A DNA stretch of 64,000 nt from Euglena gracilis. Taxonomy: Eukaryota. The translations under genes were made by a program, and so were the position numbers. The notes below the pieces were generated by a model that worked only from the letters and a program-made list of their open reading frames with translations, was not told the origin of the DNA and searched no databases. Location: contig CP154954.1 in the NCBI GenBank assembly GCA_039621445.1, positions 2,480,001-2,544,000 of the forward strand, given 5' to 3'. Every line of letters starts with the position of its first letter. The first letter of the stretch is position 1. This document shows, one piece after another, positions 13,362-23,340 of the stretch.

Positions 13362-14074
13362 CAGTTCCAGTCCCTCGGTGTCAAGAGGCTGAAGGATACC
13401 TCTGGGTTCTCATTTTTTGGGGGGAAAAGAGAGAGAAACAAAAATCCACGCCAATGACCTCTGGACTGCCAAAAAGGGGCGAACCATCCCGACAAGTTTT
13501 CTCTGTCCAAAAACGTTGTGTCCCAAATCACCTCACACGTGGGAAAACAATAAAAACTTTGCCCCCCTCTCCTTTTGCAAGGACAACGCTGAAGTCAATG
13601 CTTTTTAATGGATGCTTCAGCTTCGGATTGGATTTCAAGGCCAGGCCAATCCCCCAGAGCAAGTTTGCGAGGGCAGCCACATGACACCTCCCCCAGGGGT
13701 AAGGGACGCAACGCAAAATGCCTTTTTTGTAAACCGCTGGGAATATGTCGGCCAAAGTCCACGAAGAATGTTATTTCGGGGGAGCAATGTTGTTTTTATT
13801 TGGCAAGCAAATTTCATAATTTTTGAATGTAAAATTTTGACCCTGTTTCTATCCTGAACGCTATCGTACTCATCTTACTCCATGGTGATTGTGCAATTGT
13901 CACAGAAACGTGGAATGTGCCTGTAACAGGGGACCCCCAAAATACGAGGCATTTTTGCTTTCCGGCGTGAAGTGCCACAGTTTTTTGCAGCCAGGGTTTT
14001 CCCCCCTGTCCAAGCACCCCCCCTTTCCTTTTTCCCTATTTTTCCGGGGCTTGGACAAGGGAGGAGGTAAACCC

Positions 14075-14392
14075 CCCCCCACCTATAAGAAACCCGTTTC
14101 TTACAGGTGGGTTTCCAAAAAATGGCCCGAGGGGTTTCTTATAGGTGGGTTTCAATGTCCGAAAAAGTTTTGAGCCGACAAAAGGCCAAAAGTGGCCAAA
14201 AACGGTCAAAAATTTCCTTCGGCGCCTTCGGCACCGAAGAAAAAAGGGGGTGGTTGGGTTCAAAGCTCCCTAGGGGTTTCTTATAGGTGGGGGTTTCTTA
14301 TAGGTGGGCGTCGGTCCGAAAATGCCCAAAGGGTTTCTTATAGGTGGGGGTTTCTTATAGAGGGGGGTTTCTTATAGGTGGGGGGGGGTTTA
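14075..14392. repeat. Cluster of GGGTTTCTTATAGGTGG motifs, likely MITE subterminal repeats
   Basis: About 8 direct or inverted copies, with central ggcgccttcggcacc at 14221. Confidence 0.7.
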
Positions 14393-14404
14393 AGTGAATC
14401 CACA

Positions 14405-14983
14405 GGAGCGGTGGTGGGCGGTGTGCCGTGGGCATCAAACGGCGCGGGAAAGCCGCCCCGCGGCTGGGGCGAGCGGCGCTGCCCGGCGCGCGAGCGGTGT
14501 TCGCTGATGAGCCGGCCCCCGCCGTGCGTTCGCCGCCGCCGCGGACAACTGATGCCCCCAAATCGAGGGGCGTGGCAGTTTCCCGGCAGGCTCCCCCACG
14601 CTGACCTGTGGAGTGCCCCCAGGCTTGTGCTTCGTCGGGTGCCTACCCCACGGGGGGGGTGCTTGGGGCATGGCACCCTATAGCACCCATCCGACCCCCC
14701 CGGGGGGGGGTAGGGTTTTGGGGGTGCCTGCCCATAGCAGGCACCCCCCTCCAACCCCGGCGCAAAGGTGCCGGGGGCCCGGAAAAGGCCATTTTCAATG
14801 AAAATTTCCTGGGCCCCCCAGACCCCCCCGGGGCGTGTACCTGCTAAGGGCAGGCACCCAAGAGCACCCACCCCCCCTCCCCCCCCCCAGTCGGTAAGCA
14901 CAAGCCTGTGCGCCACCCGCGACCCCAACGTTCGTCATCACAGGTCCCTCGCGGCCCATGCGCACTCCTTCTTTGAGGGTTGA
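14405..14983 (+). CDS. Probable terminal exons (~14405-14616 and 14914-14983) ending ...PGRLPHADLWSA/TRDPNVRHHRSLAAHAHSFFEG*; possibly the GT31 gene
   Basis: Removing 14617-14913 joins two open frames and removes the TAG at 14681. VPWASNGAG weakly recalls the GT31 PYASGAG motif. Confidence 0.5.
14620..14908. mobile_element. MITE / nonconventional intron core
   Basis: Perfect 13-bp TIR caggcttgtgctt / aagcacaagcctg. Decayed 8-bp TSD agtgcccc / tgcgccac. Confidence 0.8.
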
Positions 14984-15206
14984 CCCGCTCCCCTTCGGAT
15001 CCGCGCAGCGCCGCGGTCCCAAGAAGCGGGGTCTCGTCTTTTGGTGCTCAGCGACCCGCGGGGGCATGTCCGGCCCCCTCCCAGTGCCTTCGGGCTCCAG
15101 CGCACCCCCTGGACCTGAAGTTAGCGTGGGATTGGTGGGGTATTGATCCCGGCGCATGGCCGCCAGAGCCCCGGGAGCGGGCTCTGGCGGCCAGATCCCC
15201 GGGAGG

Positions 15207-15452
15207 CTATTTATATTTATTTATATTTATTACTGGTGTTGTTGTCATTATTATTGTGATTACTATTTTTATTATTGCTATTGCTATTGTTATAGTTATT
15301 GTTATTGTTATTGTTATTGTTATTGTTATTGTTATTGTTATTGTTATTGTTATTTTTGTTATTTATTTATTCATTTGTTTGTTTGTTTATTATTTATTTA
15401 TTTTATTTTATTTATTTATTTATATTTTTTTTATTTATATTTTTTTTATTTC
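15207..15452. repeat. (TATTGT)n / (TTTA)n microsatellite
   Basis: Direct inspection. Confidence 0.95.
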
Positions 15453-17016
15453 AATGATCGGTGACCCCCCCCCCAGGGTGTGGGGTCGAGCTGACTGGGA
15501 CTCCTGGGCAACCGTCAATCAAATGCCAGGGGGGCATTTGATTGCTCCATTCAGAACCATTATGGCCATTGCCAAGTCTTTTGGATCAATGGGGGCTATT
15601 TTGGTCATTTTTTGGCCACTGCTGGCCACTACCCTTTTTTGGCAAATCAACTGTTATTTTGGTCATTTGAGCCGTTTTCCATTGATAATCATCGTAATTT
15701 TCCGGAAACGGCTGAAATGGCCGAAAAAAAGTTGTTAAACCTGGTCTAAATGGCCCCAAAATGGTTCGAAATGGTCGAAAATGGTCCGAGGTTGATTGTT
15801 GTTTGTTATCGCATGGAATGGCCCCAAAGTGGCCCAAAATGGCTTGAAATGGATTGCCAGTTGGTAACCTAAACATGTCCAAATATGGCCCAGTTCCAGA
15901 AAAATCGCATATTTTCCGCACATTTTTCCGTATTTAGCGTGTATTCCCGCATGACCCCCCAAATGACTTTGCAATGCCCTAAAGCTTTGCGTGCCCGAAG
16001 AACTTCGCTGGGGGGAAGGCCGAAAAAGGTCGGTCCAAATCACATTGCCCGCCCCTTTCAATGAAAAGACACGAAAAATGATGCATCTTTTTTTGGGAAA
16101 TCAGGACGTGGTCAGCGCAAAAAAAAAATGCCATAAAATTTGCCACACTGCTCTGTATTTGATGAACAGAAGCATTAAATTATGTTACAGATAGATACAA
16201 ATGAACAGAATGTGACAACAAATTTCTTTTGGGAAATGTGATCAATCGGTCTATCAATGGTTTTGGGTGCTTCCAAATAACTTTGCAGGGGGTCGGGGCC
16301 AAAAATATCCATCCACTAATTTTTGAAAAGAGTTATTTGGGGGGGGTTATTTTTGCGCATATTTGGGGGGGCTTTTAGTGCACATCCCTCCCCAGAGGGT
16401 TGCTCGCAATTTTTTTCACCTCCATGTGTTTATTTCCAGACTTACAAACCTAGACCATGTTAAGCCAAGGTTGGAACGTTTTCAACAAAAAATGATGGAA
16501 ATTGATGGAGATTGAATTTGCATGTTTCTTTAAGAACACAACAGAAGATGAAGTGTTCCATTTTTTCCAAAAAACAGGTTTTTTTTATTTTGTTTTAAAC
16601 GAGCTGCCAGCTATGCCAGAAACACATACCAAGAAAGGTCAGCAGACATGTTAACAAACAACCCCCCACAGCACAGGGCAGCATCCCTCCTGGCTTTAAT
16701 CCCCTAAAACTTGTACACCGTGTGTCGTGTGTGCATCTCAGGCAGGTTCAACGTCCATGGATTCGAAACATGACCATTTTCAAAGGAAAATTGGCGGGTC
16801 ATCAGGCACTGGGGTCCAAAACTGACCCCCGGGGGGGGGGTGCCTGCTATATGCAGCCACCCCATAGCACCTCGCCTCCCCCAGGGTTGTTCAAAAAAAA
16901 CAGCCTGCACACAGGAAAAAAATAAATCTGGAAACCCAGCTGGTTTTTTCGCACCCCTTCTCCGTTGTCCGTGGTGCCAACCGCTTTGCTTGCCCCATCC
17001 CATCGTCCCCGCAGGA

Positions 17017-20000
17017 ATGCTGGCCTCTCTCGCACTATGGTTTTGCTTCCTCTCCGTGGCGATGAGCAAGTCCAAGACGCGGCCCTCCTCCACCCAGCCT
17101 TGGGGACAGAGCATGTGTGGCGGGATGGAGCAGCATGGCGCTGGAGGCGAGGAGCGGCCGGTTGGAATTGAAAGGGACACCCACGCCTGAGCAGACCTGT
17201 TCGTAGGACTGTGTTGTTGCTGCCGCCCACAAAGCATGGGGGTGTTTTAGACTGCGGTGGAATGGCTGGCAGAGCAGGAAGAATTGGGAGTGCCTTTGCC
17301 AGATGGCTCCAAGCACCTTCGATGACGCAAGGCGATGCGAGGGCGATACCGGAGTTTTGGAGGGCAAAGGTGGGGCTCTGAAGCAGGGCAGGGTTTTTTT
17401 GGCCATTGTCTTACAGCTTCAGCCGTTTTGGCTGCATTTGTCCAATTTTTGGCCACTTTTGGTCACTTTGGCCGTTGGTTGTTTTTGGCCATATTTCGGC
17501 CACTTTAAGCCACTTTTGACTGTTTTTTTTTTGCTGTTGTTTTTTGCCCATTTTTTTTGGTCATCTTTTACCCATTTGACCATTTTTTTGCACAATTGTG
17601 AGCCGCTTTTTGTGCTTTTGGTCATTTTACAGTCAGGACAAAAATGACAGGAAACAAAAATGATGGGTGAGAAATAAGTAATAATAAAATATGGGAAATT
17701 TTCTATTTTGATGATGGGAAAATTCAACTTTCCGCAGAAAATGTTGATAACTTTTCCCTCTTATAATGAAAGTTTTTGAGCAAAAAAGCAAAGTTTCAAA
17801 AAAAGTCAAAATGGTCTTCTGGGTGTCTTTTTTGTGATTTTTTATGAGAAACAGACCCAAAATCGACCATATGTTATATCTCCCCGTCTTTTTGTGTGTT
17901 AAATTTGACCACCTTGAACGTGGCCCCTTTAAAGGGGCATTGAAAGGGTTCGGGGGGCAAAAATGGCGGGGGAAAATATGGAAGAAATGGGTGTTTTCCC
18001 ATCATTTTTGTTCCCCGTCATTTTTGTCCGGACAAGAAACTCATTTTCTGCTTTTGGCCACTTTTGACTGGACACCCACCCACCTTTGGAGGCCATCCAA
18101 GGCTGGATGGGAATACCTGGCCGCACGAAGGGCGGATCGTTTATTTGGATTTGGGACAGGGTGCATGTGTGCAGGCGCTCGGGGTTCAGATTCATGATGT
18201 CTATTTGGGGCAAGGATGCAACAGGGACACGTTTGATCAGGTGCGTGGCAGGTGCACACTCATCTAAGCTTGTGCACGGAAGTTTCGGAGAATTTGACAG
18301 GGGGCCAAACTGGGCCAGAAGCGAAGTTGGGCACTGGCCATGAACAGACAAGTTAGTTCATGGAAGGGAGGGAGAGGGTCCCAAGGTCCCAAAAAGTTCC
18401 AAAAACAGCATTTCTTCCTGAACTGTACCGAGATATGGGGGGGGGAGGGTCCTGGGGTCCCAACTGTGCTGCCAACCCCTTCTTGTTTTCGCCGTTCTGT
18501 GGAGTGCATGAAGCAAACACTTTTTTCAGTGTCCCATGGACAATGGGAAATGAGGGATTGAATTTATTTTGAGACCCTTTTTGCGCACAAATGATTGAAA
18601 TTACACTCCTTTGCACAATTACCCAAATAACTTTTTCGTTTTTGTTTGCGCAGTTATGCAAGTGAATACAGATAATTAAACCTCACTGGAACCTTTCCTG
18701 ACGTATTTTTTATTGCATTTAAAATGGATGCATGATTGGGCGGTCTTCTGTCATGTTCCCTGAAATGTATTTTCAACCCTCTTACTCATCTTTCCGTCAG
18801 CCATTGGACAGGAATCAGATTTCGATGTCTTACAGCCTGACCCAAAAAAATAGAGTCTTCGCACCCCCTTCTTCAAAGACCTCATTCGCATGCCTTGAAA
18901 TGCTGCACAAAAGAGCACTTGTGAACCAGGGCAGTTCTCAAGGGACAGAAACGCCTTTTTTTCTCTTCAGCACCCCCCCCCCTTGCGGACCGCACATTAG
19001 GCCAAAGGGACAGCCAAAGGCCGATCTGGTGATTGAATGGGGGCAAAATGAAAATTCCAAAACCACAGTTTTGACGTTCTGGATGGATGGGCGATGGGGG
19101 TCAAGAGGCCCAAGGCATTCCCCCCCCCCAGATTCGACCCATTTTTGCCAAATATGCCATTTGCGGCCTTCTTTTTCCCCTGGATTTTGCATTTAATGGG
19201 ACCGGGTTTTTTTTTCAAATGTGGTTTTGGGGGGGGGCCTGATGTGAACCCCCCCAAAATCGGTTCTGCAAAGAGTGTGTGTGGGAACTGGACGGCTGGA
19301 GGTATTGCTCCCTTTCCTGTTTCCTGTGGCCAGTGACGGCCTCGTGGGATCGGAACGCCCCGGGTTGGGATGGGAGGTGACGCTCGACCCCCAAGGCTGT
19401 CCCCCAGGTCGGAGGGCACCCCCCTCAGGCTTCTTTTTAAAAAAGTTCGCCCCCCCCGGGGGGGGTGCTGTGGGTTGTGACGGGGATGAGCAACCCCAAA
19501 CACGGGGGGGGTCGGGTTTTGGGATGGGTGTGGGTACCTCCGCCCCTTGAGGAGCGGGGCGCTTGGCCCCGCTCCTCCTTACATACAAACTTGGCCCCCC
19601 CCTTAAGGTTGGTTTTTGGCCTTTAATTTTAGCGCATGGCCGCCAAAATTCTTAACATGCAAACTTGGCCCCCGTAAGGTTGGCCCCCGGCCTCACCTTC
19701 AATCATGGCCCAGGCCAAGCGCCCGGGGGGGAGGTAGCGCTAACCCCCCCCAAATTAAGACACCCCCCCGATTTTCAGCAAAAATCCAAAAAAAACGACC
19801 CCCACAACAGTAAGACCCCCCTCGGGATTCTTTGGGGAAAATCCAAAATAGAACCCCCCCCCAAACTGTGAAATTGTCCCTGAAATGGTGATTTTTTTAC
19901 GTTTTTTTCCATTTTGCCTATCATGTATGTGTCAAAATTGGCATTTTGCAGACGTTTTTTTGCTCATTGCCAAAAATCGCCCCAAAACCCCCTTTAGGAT

Positions 20001-21685
20001 TTTCAACAACAAACCCAAAAAGGACACCTAGGGTCTTATTATTTCAAAAATAAAATATTATTTATTAATATTACTGTTTTATATTAATATTAATATTAAC
20101 ATTAATATTTTATTCCACTCTATATTCATATTAATAATATTTACAAATATATAGCCTCGCCATAGTCTAGACTCCCCTATCCATTATCAATGTACTTACC
20201 TCACTCCTCTTCTCTTCTCATTATCATTCATCCATTACTATCATCCTCTAAATCATCTACTCGCCTCTCCTCTCCCTCCACTCCTTCCTCTCTCTCCCTC
20301 TCCTCTCCTCTCCTCTCCTCTCCTCTCCTCTCCTCTCCTTCCTCCCTTTCTTCCTCTCCTCCTCTTCCCGTCCCCTCCTCTCTTCTGTTCTCTTAATCAG
20401 TCTGAATATGATATAGTATGAATAGTAATCTTACTTAATCTTTAAGACTGAGCCCCGGAGGGGTGCGCCAGCAATGGGGAGGCACCCCGTAGCACAAGCC
20501 ACCCACCTCCTCCCCAGGGTTATTGAGAAGAAGCCTGACCCCCCTGCAGCGGCTTTTCGCTCACAGCAAAGTCACCCGCGAGCGCCATTTCCTGTGGCTG
20601 AATGTGCAGAACTGGAACCAGGCTGTATTGGCGAATCCTGATGTCTGACACCCTGCCATCAACCCCCCCCCCGAGAAACTGTTATCCCCGGAAAATTGTC
20701 CTCTGCCCTCCGTACCCGCTAAGGTGTCCTCATGGGAACCTGTCTCTTCTTCCAGCCATTTCTGAACTCCCACATGCATTAGATTTTTGATAATGCTGAG
20801 CTCTCTGAGTTCTCACATTAATTGCTCCTCTTATGCCCCACCCCACACAGCCCACAAAAAAGGTATTTCTGGTAAGTTTTTTTTAAAGAAAAATTGTGTA
20901 TTTGCAAAAAGATGGTGGATTTGCAAAAAAACAATGGTGGATTTCTTTGCCAAAGAGTGATTTTATTAAAATTATTTTTTTAAAAAAATCCAAAAATCAG
21001 GGAAAATTTTTTTGCATATTCTTCAAAAACAACAGAAATGCTCTGTGATTGAGTTGTTCCTGTCTTTCCTGCTGGAAAAGCTCGGGGTGGAGGGGGGCAT
21101 CATGACACGAGGTAGGAAGCAGGTCTCTGAGGACTCTGAGGACAGGTCAGCGACCACAGGACCAGAAGGCAATTTCCCAGAGGTCCGTCAGAGGAAAAGC
21201 ATTTGGCATCGAGAGACATTTGTGACCCTCCCCCTGCTGAGAAAAAATTCCGAAAACCTTGGTTCTTCAACAACTCACGAAACATGCTTTTTCAAGAAAA
21301 ATATCAAGCAATTAATAGGAGACAAGTTAGCAGGTGCAAAACGTACAACCATCAAGACCATCAAAGGCAAGTCTATCAAGGCCTCAACATACGAATTAAA
21401 TATTGGGTTATAAGATGGCTGGTATCAGTCTTTTGGGAGGGAAGAAGAGGACAAGGATCATGTTTCGTCAGTATGAGAGGCCGGCGCATTTTCAGGGTGA
21501 TAACCTGGGCAACACAGAGGTGGGTGTAGAACAGGGTCAGGTGGTGCCTCCAAAAATTTATTTGCGCTCCCCCAGAGATGTGAGAATTATCGACATCATC
21601 AATGTGCTTTTGTTTACCAAATGGTCATATTCCATTTACCTGGTGTGTGGGTGTGGGTGGTGGGGGGGGGGGTGTGGTGTGTGTG

Positions 21686-21747
<62 letters not shown>

Positions 21748-23340
21748 GTGTGTGTGTGTGTGTTGTGTGTGTGGGTGGGTGGGTGTAGGTGGGTGTGGGT
21801 GTTGTGGGTGTGGGTGTGTTGTGTGTGTTGTGTGATGTGTGTTGTGTGTGTTGTGTGTGGGTGGGTGGTTGGGTGGGTGGGTAGGTGGGTGTGCAGTGTC
21901 ATTATTTCCTTCTAACATTCACCTCTAACCACTTAAAGGGTTTAATTGTTGGAACACACATTTTGAGTCATTTTTGCTCATTTCGGAAGAGGAAAGGGTT
22001 CAAGGCGGCCTGCCACAAGTGTCACAGTCCGGTTCCGGCACGCCGGGTTCATGTCCCGGCCATGCCATTGCTTAACACCTGTCCCCCCCCCCGGGGGGGT
22101 GACTGACTGGTTTTTTGGCCCAGAGCCCCCCCCCCCCCGGGGGGTGGGATGGGCCCGAAAATGAAAAAGTGGCTGGCCTGGCGCCGAAGGCGCTGGAAAT
22201 TTTTTAGATTTTTTTGAGATTTTTTTGGCAAATTTTCATTGCCTCCAGGAGAGTGGCCGATCCACCCCCCCCCCCGGGGGGTAAAGTGACTGACCGGTTT
22301 TTTTCGGAAAAAGTGACTGACTCGTTTTTTTAAAAGGGAAAGTGACCTTCCCCTCCCCCCCCCCGGGTCGCTAAGCAATGGCATGGTCCCGGCTGACCGT
22401 CGCGATGGAGATGACACAAGAGCTGTACGGCGTGTTGTACTGGCGGGCGGTGCTGCCCCCGGAGGGGGACCAGGGATTTCTTGGAGTTGGAACCCACGGG
22501 GGAGGGCACTCTACCCTGGGGGTCCAGTGGGGGGTTTTCCTCCATTTTTGGCGCGAAGAGCCAGAAATTTTTTTTGAGCCGACCCAAAATTGACTTCCGA
22601 AGTTGGGTCCCTCGGACCACTCTCCAGGGGGGGGGGGACTCTAGGTGGGTGGGTGGGTGGGGGGCAGGGGCTTTGTTTAGCCTTGGACACTTTTTGGCGC
22701 CGAAGGCGCTGAAATTTTTTGAAAAGGGTGCTATTTTTTGGCATTTTTCGCGATTTTTTTTGGGTTGTGGGTTGGGTCCCGAGACCCCCCCCCCCAGGCC
22801 AGGGGGTGGGTGGGGGGACCCCCCTCCTCCCAGTCTGAAAAACCCCTAGTGGGGGATTTCCGGTGTTTCAAAAAAAAATCCCTGGCGGGGACTACCCGGT
22901 GTTCGGCCACGACTTTGCCCCGGCTCTGCCCCACGACTGCGGCCAGGTCCCCTGTTTGCTGCCACCTCGGCCCATCCCCCTCCCGCCGCATGCCTTTTGA
23001 CAGCCACGGGCTTGAATCGGCTGGCAGCCTTTTGTCAGTCAAAATGTGGGCGTGTTCCCCTCCGGGGCTCCTGCCTCGCCCCCGTGTTGGCGTACTGTGG
23101 ACGGTCCTGGCTGTCTGTTGGGGGGCCGCATTTGTTTGTGGTATTCGGATCTGTTCTGTGGCCATTTCCGTTTTTAGCTTTTGGTTTGGTTGCTCAATCC
23201 CCCCCGGCTGGTTTTTTTTGGTTTTTTTTCCAAAAAATAATAATTGTGTTTTTTTAATTCTGAAAAAGCAGCAAAGAAACTCCAAAAAGCAAAAGGGAAA
23301 AATAGCCAGGGGCCCGGCAACGTGATTGCCGCCGATGGCC
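17017..23340 (+). CDS. Multi-exon gene model: 17017-17091, 19406-19422, 20543-20615, 22018-22057, 22391-22467, 22890-22940, 23322-~23340. Signal-peptide/anchor-bearing protein, possibly the N-terminal half of the GT90-like gene continuing at 27177 and 29168
   Basis: Spliced product: MLASLALWFCFLSVAMSKSKTRPSS-RSEGTP-LQRLFAHSKVTRERHFLWLNVQNW-SVTVRFRHAGFMSR-LTVAMEMTQELYGVLYWRAVLPPEG-DYPVFGHDFAPALPHDC-VIAADG. ATG is preceded by a pyrimidine tract and cgcAG (17013-17014). Junctions follow the nnn-CAG...CTG-nnnnn rule; the first needs a 1-nt homopolymer allowance. Confidence 0.7.
17634..18031. mobile_element. MITE-like element nested in intron 1
   Basis: ~34-bp imperfect inverted repeat caggacaaaaatgacaggaaacaaaaatgatggg / cccatcatttttgttccccgtcatttttgtccgg. 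Confidence 0.7.
19426..20537. mobile_element. MITE-derived intron with nested insert
   Basis: TIR caggcttctt / aagaagcctg. Perfect 8-bp TSD acccccct (19418-19425 and 20538-20545). Confidence 0.88.
21644..21895. repeat. (GT)n microsatellite / GT-rich low complexity
   Basis: Direct inspection. Confidence 0.95.
22061..22385. mobile_element. hAT-like MITE (family A) forming an intron
   Basis: Perfect 14-bp TIR catgccattgctta / taagcaatggcatg. Perfect 8-bp TSD gtcccggc (22053-22060 and 22386-22393). Confidence 0.93.
22471..22884. mobile_element. hAT-like MITE (CAGGGATTT family) forming an intron
   Basis: TIR cagggatttctt / aaaaaatccctg. TSD agggggac / gcggggac (6 of 8 match). Confidence 0.85.

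Noticed and set aside
14075-14392. Possible CRISPR-like repeat array (also 46988-47020, 47978-48068, 53380-53600)
   Set aside because: Irregular or zero spacing, mixed orientation, no cas genes; better explained as subterminal transposon repeats.
14450-14502. Candidate 53-nt CCG...CGG mini-intron
   Set aside because: 3+5 excision does not join GAG to LMSR in frame, and the pairing is weak.
20046-20445. AT-rich then CT-rich stretch with a Ser/Leu ORF
   Set aside because: Non-periodic low complexity inside a TIR element; looks like read noise.
15156-21918. YCYC, VIVI, CVCV and HTHT repeat ORFs (15156, 14980, 21403-21918)
   Set aside because: Microsatellite translations.
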